From Marsupella aquatica (lineage: Eukaryota; Plantae; Marchantiophyta): a DNA stretch of 64,000 nucleotides. The notes below the pieces were generated by a model. It worked only from the letters and a program-made list of their open reading frames with translations, had not been told where the DNA came from and made no database searches. Positions 12,716-35,702 of this stretch are shown piece by piece. The position numbers were made by a program, and so were the translations under genes. The stretch is from contig OZ316893.1 in assembly GCA_973895155.1 (NCBI GenBank), positions 4,640,977 through 4,704,976 on the forward strand, written 5' to 3'. How positions within the stretch are numbered: the stretch's first letter is position 1; each line of letters begins with the position of its first letter.

Positions 12716-14501
12716 TATTAGTTCCGTAGGTCAGATTAAGTACTATAGGAATGTCATCATACCAGTGTAATGGAGTAGCAAATTCATTTGTCTTCTTCTT
12801 CTAAGTGAAGCAATTTCCCATCAAAAGCAATCAATTTGCCTGGTGCGATAACTATGGCATCATGTGTACAAGCTATACCTGAGGCTATACCATACACCCT
12901 AATCTGTCATTATTTCATGTTGAGGGATCAACTCTACAGTCTCAATAACACATGTTCTGTCGAAAACACACACATCAATTGCACATTGCTGGTGACTTGT
13001 ATTGGGCATATTGCTAGAACACTGGTCCTGATTGATGCGGCTTAAGAGGTTGTGAAGTCAAATACAAGGACAACTTGAATTACTTTGCTAAAGCATGAGA
13101 ACCCATGCAGTGAGATTCCAAATGAGAGAAGATGAAGACTTAGTTCTCGACAGATCAAAATTTCCAGACATAGCAACACTAAAGGAAAATCTTTACATTG
13201 AATGCTCAAACATGAGCCTGAACTATATTTACCGGTTTAAATTCAGCTAGGGATTGGCCTGATGAATGGAATCATTCATTGAGGTAAAATGCTGAAGAAT
13301 GCATGGCAGCTGCATGCAGATACAACTTGACACACAAGCTAGGTAAGATAGCAGCCTGTTAACTAACCCAAACTGATGAGTGGCTTCCTGGCTTGCCTCA
13401 CCAGATCCATATATGGTTCTAAGAATCTGGATTCTGATACTCTTGCCCCATTTTAAACTGTTGATTGCCATTGAGTCTCATTTGGGAAATGAGTCAATTT
13501 AGTGAAATTAAGTTAATGCTATGGAAATTTTGTTTGTGTGTTGGGCATCTTTGATAAGTATGCAATGGAGAAAAGTTCCATTTTACGGTCAAAGTAGATT
13601 AATACGAACTAGTTCACTTGAGGGCCTAAGAAGCAAACCTTGGTAATACATCCTGATCAGTCGTCCTGCTGCTAGCCCACATAAGAACCTCAAATTATAT
13701 TGTTCCTATAAAAACCATTATTCCTTTACTTTCTTTCTCAAATAGCTACTCATTGTTTGATTTTTACATCAATGTACTCAGACTTTTATCTTCAAAGCCT
13801 TAATTTCTTAGGGTCTCTCAAAGTGGAAATTTCTTCTATGAAAATTATTGACTCTCTTGAAGATGCCATGTGGCCACCGAGTGACAATTGATAGATGCAG
13901 CCTAGCTTGAAGATTGCATTAAGCAAGGACAGTCATGAATCTATGTGCCTGAATATCAAGGCCATATACATTCCACAAGGTTGTCCTGTATAAATATTTC
14001 CACTCAGTTACACCAAAGTAGAAGAAAGACAAATTCCATGCTTGCAGAACACATTCATGAATCAAGTTGAAATCAGGTCAAATTTCAAGTCATTGTTCTC
14101 TGCTAGGCCTCTGCTTATGCAGCTTTTAACATTGATCTACTTTGAATTTTTTCTTTGGGATTTTTTTTGGTTTTTTTTTTATACTGTGGGTGGGGGGGGG
14201 GGCGGTGCGTTCCAGCTTGTAGGGTTTCACTCTTTTCTTCCGCCCAGTGCTGCCTCTGGGCTTCCTCCCACAAAATGTTGTTTTTAGTTGAGAGCTGAAT
14301 TTTCCATATTGAAATCTAGGTATACTCAATTGCTCCAGATGCACTGAGCATAATCACATGTGTGGTTAGAGAAAGCTAGGTGGTATGCATATCATGTAAA
14401 TAAATAATGTTTGACCATAAGTGCTGTGTGATCATTATTTCACAGTTTTAAGTAACTTTTTATTGCCTGGTAGCAAGACACTGAGCAACTCCAAGAATCA
14501 T

Positions 14502-24512
<10,011 letters not shown>

Positions 24513-27362
24513 ATTTTTTTAGTCAAAATTTTGTGTAAGCTTCCTCTCACACATCCATCACTCAATTTCAATACACTTTTTAATCATTATCCTAGACTTT
24601 TCTTGCAATTTACTAGGCCCATGAATAGCATCAGTGATCTTCTCTCCTGCCAATAACACATCTAACTTTGATTTAGAGATTCTGGACATTCAAAGAAACA
24701 TGGACAGGTCTAGGTTGTGTAGGAGGTTTTGTTAGGCAGAGTTCAAAATATAAGCTTGGATGAACTGGCAGATTTGATAGGGTGCCCTCTAGCGTCATTT
24801 CCTACTTAGATATAGTGCTTTTTAAATCAATGCAATCAAACTCACTCTGGGTGTAACTGCGGAGTTGCTCGATCCATCTGGATTGTTTTGGTCGGGGTTT
24901 TGGTGAACCTCAAAGTGTATCTAGGATTCAATTTCACAAGTTCTCCCTTTCAAAAGTTACCCTAAAAACAATTGGTTCAGGCATTCCTTCTTCAAAAGAT
25001 GGACCACAACGTTTGACAGACAACTCAGATGCGCTACCTTCAAATGTATTCTTCCTTTGTATAAGTGGCCACACCTTTGGGTCCAAGTTTGGGTCTCAAT
25101 AGCTGCTAGGTCCATCCGAGTTGCATGGTTTGTTGCTAACGCGAGCATCCATTTTGAATTGCTAGTATCTAAAGGACATTGGGCTTAGTCTTAACTAATA
25201 CCTGGAGGATGTGCAAACGCTCGAACAGTAATTTTTATTCATTTTGAACTAATAATTATAATTATTACCGGTAATAAGTGAACTTTTTATAGTAAAATGA
25301 AAATAACAAGGGGTAAACAGGAAGAGGGCCTGATTACAGAGGGGTCCACTTCTTTTACACAAAATGAGGGCTTAGGGAGACAATCATACATCATTAACTA
25401 TGTACCAATTATTGCTTGTAGTAGAAACAATATGTAGCCATACATGTTCTACAAAATACAGATTAGTTTCCCCCAAGTGCCACCTGGGCATTTCTTGTTG
25501 AGTAAACAACTTCTACGCATAGACAATATGCACATGTGAGACATCGGACAAACACACAAGTAGTCGACACAAGACATCGATGCGTAATTCACCTCTCTAG
25601 AGACCACGTCCACAGGAACACATGGGAAAGCTTTATTGAACTCTAAGCTTGTTGGCCAAACCAAGTTTTCACAGATTAAACTCCCTTATATCTTGATTGG
25701 CTCTATAATAATGTGACTCAGTTCCACTCAATAGCTAGATCCTGCTGGTGAATAAAGTAGGAGCACATTTTTAACTGTACCTAGCAAGGCACCTGACTAC
25801 AGTTTGACCACTCAACTACATTGGAACTCTAGACTTTAGAGTAAATGCCTGGCTAACATTTCCCCTATTACCCTGAGGTCTTGACAGAAATTCCACTTTA
25901 CCAGGCTGTTTCCCAGGTAAGAATTATGGCTTTTGGTAACTGTTCTGAATTGTATTAAGCTACTTCATCTTAACCATAATTGTCATCGTAAGTCCTTTTG
26001 GAGTGAGGATTGCAGATGCCTGCACAGGTTTCCCTGCACACTGGCCTGCACTATTAAACTCTGGGGCAAAGTGGAGTTCCCAGAATTTTCTGATCAGACT
26101 CTGGAAAACCCAATCCAATGAAAGAGCCATAGCCCATGGGTCATCAATGCCAATGGTGACCTACTGCATAATTATGTCACAAATTATGGTGAAGGGGTTA
26201 GGGGGGATCACGCCCACTGGGGAGGGCCGGCAAGGAGGGAAGGAAGAGAAGGAAAAGAGAAACAGTACGGGGGCAAAGTAGAACAAAAGGGGGAATAACA
26301 CTTATGTACTTCCCCTTTGATAATGCTTCTATTTGAAAACACTTCCGCTTGACAACACTTCTGCTAAACAAGACTTTGTGCTTGACCAGATTGTGCAACG
26401 AACAGTTGGAATAGGGCTTGTGAGCCCTAGTATCTCATAAAAGACTCAACATGATAGTGAACAAAAACAATACTAACTGAGAAACTCTACTCCACCACTA
26501 CAAATGAGGAGGGGATAACAAAATACAGGTTTTTACTTCCTGTCCCCCAAATTTATCATTATTACTATCCTGTGCCCCAAACCAAGTTACTTATCAGGTT
26601 GGCTTCCATTTTGTATGGGGGTTGACTTAGCTGGACTAGACTCAGCCCAGATGATATGTAATTGGTCTTGGGACACTTGGAGAGTGAGTCATAATTTGTC
26701 CAAGCAAGCCCCCTCTAACCATAAAAAGGGGACCTAAAAGCAACAGTTTTTGCTTGTCAGTAGACAGTAGTTGTCGGAATTGTGGAGACTGCCTAATGGG
26801 AAGTCTTCCAGAAGTCAAGCGGAAGAGCTTTTGGGTTGTATATAGAAGGTCTGCAGTTTAATCCTTGGTTCTACGAGCTTATCATGTTTAACCAAACCAT
26901 GTGGTTTCCTCACATCGCCAGGACAACATAATTTAAGGGTGATTGTAACTAGTGATGAATTATTTCTAAACAATTAGATTGCATGGGGGTTTTTGGTAAT
27001 TCCAAATGGCCAAAAGTAAGAAGAAACCCCGGAAGAAACCGGCCTAAAGCAAACTAAATTAGATAATTACCATTTGAAATCCAACATTCTAGCTAAACTC
27101 TCAAGTTGGATCACTTAATGAGGAATAATGTGACATGTTCATTCAATTTCACTAAGCCTGTCACTACGAGCAAGTGAACTTTTGATCAAGAAGATGCTTG
27201 TGAATTGTGAGGTGCACACAAGCATGTCTGTGTTTTATAGAGCACTGTCCGCCTTCTTTAAGAACTAAAAAATGAGTTGTGTTTTACACAATCCTCTCAC
27301 TTTGCATTACTACAAAATGGAATGTTTGAGTCACTATTACATAACAAGATGTGAGTCCAATA

Positions 27363-27529
27363 GGGCGTGTCAAAGTTCTCCCATAATCAAAGTGTTGCAA
27401 ATTTATTTGTTTGGACTTATCACCCTTATGGGGTACATATTTTGGTAGCTCATAGTGATTTTGTCATGGCCATAACAACGTTTTATGTCCTGAGCCGTAA
27501 GTGAGTCACAGCTGTGCTTGGACACGCCC
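27363..27529. mobile_element. MITE family A copy 2 (167 bp, inverted relative to copy 1)
   Basis: TA|GGGCGTGTCAA ... TGGACACGCCC|TA; same length as copy 1 with shared internal motifs. Confidence 0.85.
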
Positions 27530-27869
27530 TAATGCCCTGTGCCTTGTTGTTGTAGTAGTGTTCTCTTTGCAAAAAGTACAAAGGGAATGCAAATAAATTG
27601 TCGTTGCAGAAAATGTTGCAGGGTTGGGGTCAATGGTTGTTGGCTAAAGGTCAGGATTTTAAATTGTGAGGGTAGTCAACAGTTGAAACCCAAGGAAGAA
27701 ACCGTTTCTTGCCGGCCCACCTTACAACCTGCAGCTTGGGCACAGGCAATAATTCCTTCCCTGTCCTGAACCTCCCCTACTTTCCATCCTCTCCTCTCTC
27801 TCCTCCATGACCTGTGGTGAGAGTCCCCCATGGCCACATTGCCATATAGCATGTTCATCATAGAACATG

Positions 27870-28610
27870 TTTTTGTCTTGTAGTGATGTGTAGATAGTTA
27901 TTACGTAGTATTTGATCGTAGTATTTGAAACCTTTAAGTGACATAAAACACAGGAGTAAATGTATAGCACATGCCAAAAAAAAGTATATTTCACATACTG
28001 ACGAGGAAAGTATGGAAATTCCAGCTAGAACAGCTCCGCCAAGTGCAGAAGTCTTGAAAGTTGCACATAAGGCAGAGATTCTCATTTGCCCTAATGATAC
28101 CGGAATCAATCAAAAGTTCTGCACATGAAAAATACAAAAGATATTCACTTGCCTTAGATTATGACCACCAAACCATAAACTTAGGAAAGAAAACTATGAG
28201 GAGAATTTCAAACGCCAAGTGCACAAGTCTTGAAAAGTTGTGCACATAAGGCAAAGATTCCTAAATGCACTAATGATACCCGAATCAATAAAAAGTTATG
28301 CACATAAATTACAAAAGATATTCACTTGCCTTAGATAATGACAACCAAACCTTAAACTTAGGAAATAAAACTATGAGGAGAATTTCAAACAGGAGGTGTA
28401 CTCATTTTTAAAGTATCATTTATTTCTCTTTCACGAGAGAAGATAGAACCTTTCACCTTTGGTAGAAACTGCATAAATTTAAATGGAGTGGGAAAGGAGA
28501 GTTTGGGGATAGCAAGATTACAAAAATTGAGAGAGATGTCAAAATAAATTAGAACTAAATAATACAAATGATGCAGCTTGTTATGACACATTGAAATAAA
28601 AATAAACAAC
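27870..28610. repeat. Dispersed AT-rich repeat B copy 1, with an internal ~176-bp tandem duplication (28038-28213, 28214-28390)
   Basis: Duplicated units share TACAAAAGATATTCACTTGCCTTAGAT and AAAACTATGAGGAGAATTTCAAAC. Colinear similarity to 33076-33590. Confidence 0.75.
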
Positions 28611-29928
28611 AGAAAATCATTTTAAGATAACTTATCGAACGGTGGATTGGGTGGATTGGCCACTGCCCTGCAAGGCCACAGTACCGACCCATCGGACGCC
28701 GTGCCTTTGGGCCCGGCATCTTTGCTGTGCTTAGGTCCCACCTGTCGACCCTTTTCGTACGATTTTTGTACGATATTGAAATGCAATCTAGCATTGCAAT
28801 CTCATTTTCAATCTAGCTGTGTTATCAGTGACGAGGGAAGAGGCCAGGGCAGGATTGGATATCATAGAGTGGCCTTTCTTCTCTGAATATTGTGACGGCG
28901 ACGAGGCCAGGGCTGGATTGTATAGGGTTAAGATGAGTCTTTCTTCCTTGAATATTTTTGCCAATTATTTAGAAAATGAGAAACTATTTTTTCTCATTTT
29001 TGGTTCAACTTTGTTTGTTACTTTTATTTGCTACTTTTCTGATGTCTTATGCACAGTGTTTGGCTTTTGTTACTTTCCTCATTTCTTGTGCAAATTACTG
29101 ACAAGTAAATTGCAATTATGCAATACGAGAATACAAGCTGTCTCCCACAAAGCAGAAAGACTCAAGCACAGCTTTGCGACTCGCAATTTGTGGCACATCG
29201 TCAACATTGCCCAACTTTCCCTTTGCCCAACAGTTTCCCAATTTGAAACTGTTGTCACCTCAGGTTCAGGAAGGCCGCACATTTGTGTTCCTTGGACTCG
29301 ACGGACAGCAAGTCACCTTCATTGGCTTTCATTCCACTTCACATTCCTTTTCTTTTGGAGGACTACGAAATTCACTTCCACCCTCGCGTCCTCACGCGAT
29401 TCCGTGGTGGAAGAGAGAATGTGATCCTGTTCGAGCTACAAGATTCTGTGGTGGAAGAGAAAAAGTGATTCCGTATGAGTTAAAAGGGTAAACTAGAGAG
29501 TTGTCGAAACGCAATTTGGTGAGAAAACTGCTTCAGTGGTACGCAAGCCTAATTCCAACTTACTGACGGTATGGGATGTGGGATTCAATTGAACACCAGT
29601 TCTACGATTGCCCTCATGTTTGTCACCGGTGGCCTCGCCAGCATCTTAACGTAGGAGCAAGTTTGATCGATTCGAGAGGATACCCATCACTGCTCTAACG
29701 ATACTCACAATTCTCTAGACACAAAGGCGCCAAGCCAAACTGTTATCAGGACTGGAAATAAACTGTTCGCCTATCTTCCACAATAGACTGAACTTTCTCA
29801 CCTGTCTTCAGGTGCACACTCGAGTTCGAATACGAATCAGGTGCACTGCTATGTTAAACAAGACCTTCAGGTAATATAGAGTATCGTAGAAAAGCGCGTG
29901 ACACGTTTTAGTGAAACAGATTCTCAAC

Positions 29929-29988
29929 TGACGAGTAGGGCAACTGTACTTGCAACAATGACGAGTAGGGCAAATGTACTTCCAACAA
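29929..29988. repeat. 2 x 30-bp tandem repeat
   Basis: TGACGAGTAGGGCAACTGTACTTGCAACAA / TGACGAGTAGGGCAAATGTACTTCCAACAA. Confidence 0.9.
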
Positions 29989-30659
29989 TTGCGAGCTGAA
30001 CTTTTCGAGACTTGAGACGAAAGCGCAGAAACTGTCTCAATTCATTTCTTTCGCGTCATCGAAATCCACCAAAATAGCAACTTCGCAGTTACGAACAGTG
30101 TACGTGAGGAAGAAGTGCGGCGCACGGCCTCATGTACGCGAACGACCGCAGCGCCACTTCCTGCCAGATCAAAATGCTAGAAACCGAGCTCCGTAGCCAT
30201 GAACCTCTCTGTATTTTTCGGCGCAAAAGAGAAAAGAATTCGAACGCGAACGAAAATTTCAAGGTGGCCCCGAGAATCCTAATCCTTGACCAACACGTGG
30301 GCCCGACTAGAACTAGTGGAATAGTAACCATTGCCGACCGAGGTGGTGACGTGGGGTTTCGCTGGAAGCGTTTCTGTGAAACTCAGTCTAAAAGTCCAAG
30401 ATACAAAGAAGCACATCCAACGAATTCCCACCACACCAACTCTCATGATGCCTCCACATTCACCATCCACATTCACCAGACTACGATTTGCGGAATCTGC
30501 ACGGAGCGCTGGCTGACGGTCGCGCTCGGTGGTTCGCATCAATCAGAATATCAGATCAACGCGTGACCAGATGAAACGGATAGCGCATCCCGCGTCCAGT
30601 TATCCAGACTAGTCGACAGTGGGGGCGTCTGGTAGATTTGGTCTGCATCCGCGAGCAAG

Positions 30660-30777
30660 CGAGAGTTTCTTTCGACCTACACACTGCTGCGCGTTTTCTG
30701 ACAAGAGCATTTCTGAACCGAGGGTTTCTTTCGACCTATATACTGCTGCGCGTTTTCTGACAAGTACATTTCTGCCT
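30660..30777. repeat. 2 x 59-bp tandem repeat
   Basis: CGAGRGTTTCTTTCGACCTAYAYACTGCTGCGCGTTTTCTGACAAG..CATTTCTG at 30660 and 30719. Confidence 0.9.
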
Positions 30778-33075
30778 CGAGGCCGAGAGATCGCTGGGCG
30801 GCGCCGCAACTGCAAGTCCGCAACGCTCTTGGCTCTCGCGTTGCCCTAGTCAGTCCTCCTGCAACTCTCATCAAGTTACGGTGTTATGTTCCTCTAAATT
30901 CGGTAGTTAATTTTACCAATGGCAGGCCGACATTATTCTCCTTCCGATGATGCGTCGTCATACTCGATACTTCTCATGCAAGTCATGCTACACTTAGTGA
31001 CTTAGTGCACAGCACGATCCGCTCGGTCTGGCAGCCTATGACAAGCCAACAACAGACTACTCGTCCTCTCGAAAAGGACAGCCTCATTCATGATTGCCGA
31101 TAAGGTCATTCCTTCCTTTATTAAGAAATTACTTCATATTCTCTTGAAATTGTCTCCCGCTGTCTGGGGTTCAGAGATTTCTCGCGTTGTCTCGACTTCT
31201 GAAGGGACTCCTATCCTTTACTCACAGTGGTTGATGGACCTCCAATTGACTTCAATCTTAAAAGCCTGTAACTGAAACGTACTTGAATGAAACTGTCCTC
31301 TGGCTCTGACGAAGAGTACGCTATGGATACCAAGGAAACGCGATGAGTCTGCAGAAGTGAAGTTGAAGGTGACCAATTTACTGGAGAATGACGCAACCAC
31401 TTTTACAATTTAGACGAACTGTGCGCCGCACTGCCCTGAATTGTTACCGTTGGACGACGATGACATACTGGAGAACAAATCAAGGTGAAAAGGCTGAAAG
31501 AAAGAACTTCAACAGATCGATGGATTTCAGAGCGATCAGTCAGGAACATTTTCAAGTCACTCCCGCCAGTTATTGTCGAGACAAAGAGTGCGCCATAAAC
31601 ACCTGTACTGTATGTGAAATAGTTTCATTTCATTTGTTATGGGAAACTTGAAAGAAAAAAAACCGAAAGTCCACCATTTTTTAGAAAGAATTTGGACAGA
31701 CCATTTTAACAAGTGTTGCTTTATTTCCATTTTTCCAAAGAAGAGTTCAGAGGCCAATGGGCAGAGCCAAAAGAGGGCAATCCTTTCATGCCGGAAATCC
31801 TAAAGCAGCGAAAGTGGTGAGAACCTAAACCTGAATTAGGGGTTGTGCTTGAATGTTATTGTGAACTCAAATAATGGGACTGTCTCTTGTAATGACTTCA
31901 ACATTTGGTGGGTCTCAAAACTTGTTCGAGTCACCAGGGTTCTTTGGTAAAATCCTGTGGTCTATGTGGACATCTAGTACACACCACAAACATTTTAATG
32001 TGAGGAGAATGCTTTTACATCCGATCAATGGAAATCAGGATTAGAGCCTCTAGTCAAAATGAAAGACGGCTCATATCCTAGATAAATGTCCAGTAAACAG
32101 GTTGAATCAATACTGATTCTTCACAACCAAAGTCTAATTCAAAATCATTGTCCCCAAGTTTCAAAGAGCATTTATCTCCAATCATCTGATCTTTTCCTTT
32201 GATGCCCACAACATTAATATTTCAAAGGATCTTTGGGACTAACTCTACAGACATTGGGACACAGAAAAATTCCCCTAGTTGAAATGCATGCTTATCTAGA
32301 TTCCATGCAAGGTTGGAACTTTTTATGGAGAAATATTTGGGATGGGAATCCCATCCAAACTTGTTGCTCTCCGCAACTCACTTGAAATCCCAAAACAACT
32401 GTCATTCCCAAATTACCGATGGAAGTGAGGTACTGTAGGTTACTGGTCTTGGTCTACCCCACCCAAACTTCCAAGGAACTCTCCCTCAATTACATGGGGG
32501 CCGTGAGCCCAAAGTGCTTGAACTGTCCTTACCATTCTAATAAAAAAAGGTATTAAACAGTATAAAACTCAGAAAGTTAAAACAAAACAAAAGTCGGACA
32601 CCTCACACACTTGGAGACTTATTATCGTCCATCATTACAACGAGTAGCAGTGTCAGGGTTTTTAATTGGCCTTTGAACCCTTCAAAATGTGGTGCTATTT
32701 TTACAAAAAGAAATATGGAGGAGAAATGCAAAAACGAAGGCCAGATCAGCGCACCCCTACACACCAACAACCTTGAGGGCCAGATCAGAGCACCCCTTCC
32801 CACCCTGCCGGAGTCCCCACTTGCCACCTCCTAACAGTCCGCTTACATGGTATCCTGAGGCAATTTGAAAACCCAATTGTGAATCTTTCTCGTTTTGGAA
32901 ATTATTGCTCCTTGTATCCTTTGCCCTGAGCTGGTGCATAACTTCCTTACGGAGTAAAGTTTGGGTGACTTGCCTCCTGTTTGGAAAACAATGACTGAAT
33001 TAATACTCTTAAAAAAGGGGGAAAATACACAAGAGAGAGGAAAGGATCAATTTACTACAAAAGATATATATATAT

Positions 33076-33590
33076 ATTTTTGTCTTGTAGTGATATGTAA
33101 TTTTATGATAAAAGAAGTAGGTAACTAGGTACATATAAAGTATATGTCAAGAAATTAATATCTCAGTCTTAATTAAGAGTGAGTGCCATAACACACAAAA
33201 CCATAAATACACATGCCAAAAGAAACATATTATGACCAAGAAAGTACAAAGTTACTAAAGAATTGTGCACATTCAGTACACATTTTCACTTCCTTCTAAG
33301 TAATGGCAGTCAACTCACTTAAAACCATAAATTTTGTAAAGGATATCACTAGGGGAACTTAGTACCCTAGATGTGCACATTCTTCAAACTCATTTCTCTC
33401 ACTTTCATTAGAGAAAAGAGAATGCACTAAGGAGTGAATGAAAGATTAAACATTTAAGAGGGGAGCCAAATAATTTCAAAATACTATAGTTCACTAAAAT
33501 TAAAAGGGGTACAAAAGTTAATTCAAAATCAAATTAATACAAATGATTCACTTTCTTAAGGCACATTAAAATCAAAATACTTGACACAAA
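33076..33590. repeat. Dispersed AT-rich repeat B copy 2
   Basis: Shares TTTTTGTCTTGTAGTGAT, ACATGCCAAAA, AACCATAAA, GAGAA.A.AGAA and AATACAAATGAT...CACATT.AAAT.AAAATA, in order, with 27870-28610. Confidence 0.65.
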
Positions 33591-35592
33591 ATCTGAATAA
33601 GAGAAAATGTGAAAGTTGGATTCACCATATAGCAGCTTCAAAATTTAGGCTACAAAAAATTAAAGAAATTACAATAGATTACTAGCAAAAGAGGTCCACA
33701 GAAGAAACCACTAAACTCCCAAAAAGGGAGGGAAAATGTAAACCCCAAAAACCTATAAAGAAGAAAAATTAAATTTTATTAAATTTTTTTTTGATAATCT
33801 AATGTTTTTCACGCTCATACATTTTCAGCCACATTTTTTGACATGGACGGAATTATGTTTTACAGGAACTTTTTGTCATCAAATCAAACCCTGGGTTCAG
33901 GAGAGATCACCATCAGTCCCAAGGGATGGTTCCATGAGGTTAACACATTGACACCCCTTTTGACTTCATCCAGTAGGATGTCTCAAACCTTCATCGACTA
34001 TTGGGGGTGATAGTTTTTGGTCATCAAGAAGCCATAACTTTGTCACATGGTAGTGTAAAAGTTCTTATCAATTTCTCCTTGCTGGTGTCTACTACAACTA
34101 ACGATCATGGCCTATGATCATTCTTTACCCAGAAAAAATTATGGAAGTCAAATTTGGTACAGTTAACTCTCTTAAATGCACACTCTTGGGAGGATAAATC
34201 CGGTGTGCCGGTTTTTGATTCATTAATACGTGCATGTCCCCTAACATTTTTCTCTCATCAATGAGTGGCCGCTCTGCGTCACTGAGCAGTCTCATGACTT
34301 GTTACACAAATTGGGTAGCCCTTCCCCTAACTTAGGTGTCCAACTCCTTAAGGACTCAACTAAGAGAGTGTGTGCACTTATCAAGGGTTTTCTCTTATGA
34401 CCTTGTCATTAGCAAACTGATTCCAGGTGTGTTTGCGCTGGAAAAATGGAAACTCCGTATAAAGAAGGGAAGAAAATGAGGCCTTGCACTAAACAAATTT
34501 GTACGTTTATGGAGTGTGTGCTCATTGAGAGCCGACTGCATTTGACAACTGTTTTCTCGTTAACCTAGAAGGCTAATCAAATTTGAACGATTGAGGCCCG
34601 CTAATCGGGTGGTATCCACATCTGCTACTTGCCGAAAACGCTAAAACTATCCCGCCTATAATGGAATCGAGAGATTTGGCCGGCAATCGACGGCCAGTAC
34701 CTGATTGCAAAGCACTAATCCAGTACAGAGGCGTTATGCTGGTCGTTATCGTTATTAGTTTCTTGCTAATCTTCGCATCGATAGACGATACCCATGTTGA
34801 TTTAATAATTAGTAGCCCCCGGCTAATCAAATTAGAATCTAATCAAAGCGAGTCGAATCTGTTCTGTAAGGTGTCATTCATAATTGATGCATTCGATGGC
34901 CTACCGTACCAGGAAGCCAAACGGCTGAGATGCTGAAATGAAGTGGATAAGGCTGATTCTCTGATCGTTCGATTCCATATTTCTATCAAACAATAGTTAT
35001 GGCGGTACGATTGTTCAGTCCCAGTCAGACATCAGCCGTAACTACTGTACGTAGATCTGATTAATTATGAAGGTGGAGGTACTGTACCACAGTACCAGAG
35101 GTTCCATGGTGGTGTCTGGGAAGGGGATAAGCCGATAAGAGATTCCCTATCCATCGCAGAAGCTCGATGGCCCGTACAGTACTCTTGAAATGAACTCGAG
35201 ATTTACTGCAGGGTCGGTGTTTCCTTTTCCCCCTCAAATTTGCCTTTTGTCTACATAATATTTTTTCGTCGCAAAAAAAATGCAGGAAAAGTATACGATT
35301 GATGAAAATGATGCTCACATGGATGAGCCATTGAACCGTGCGCCCTATATGAATTGTGACACCTTCAAGATTTGAGGGGCATTTTACAAGAAGGCTGTGG
35401 CAGTTTAGGCATTTTTGTCCTTGATAAAATTAATCATTGCTGCTGGTTTGAGCCAGGGGTCCATTCGCTTGCCGCATCAATGTTTTTGAATTTTTACAGT
35501 TGTTGTTTAAAAATTGCATGTTACTTTAGATTTTCTAGCAAAAGTAAACTTGGAAAGTAAGCCCCCATGAATGGGCCAGACAAAGTACAATA

Positions 35593-35702
35593 GGGCGTGT
35601 CATAGCACGGCTGTAAGCACTGCCTTGTGTCCCTAATTTCAAAAATCATAAAATATGTTACCGGAATCTTTATGGGCAAGAGTGACATGTTTTGACACCT
35701 CC
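35593..35702. mobile_element. MITE family A-related short copy (110 bp)
   Basis: TA|GGGCGTGTCA ... TTGACACCTCC|TA; same TIR, divergent interior. Confidence 0.6.

Noticed and set aside
14148-14204. Poly-T/poly-G run as a functional G-quadruplex
   Set aside because: Simple homopolymer low complexity, prone to sequencing error; no supporting context.
28819-30566. ORFs 28819..29424 and 30132..30566 as genes
   Set aside because: No recognisable domain, UTR/intron-like composition, and no consistent exon chain.
29929-30777. Short direct repeats as a CRISPR-like array
   Set aside because: Only two adjacent units each, with no unique spacers and no cas genes, in a eukaryotic context.
35100-35170. 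miRNA precursor inside the GTAC cluster
   Set aside because: Pairing is short and irregular, and I saw no match to conserved plant miRNAs that I can recall.
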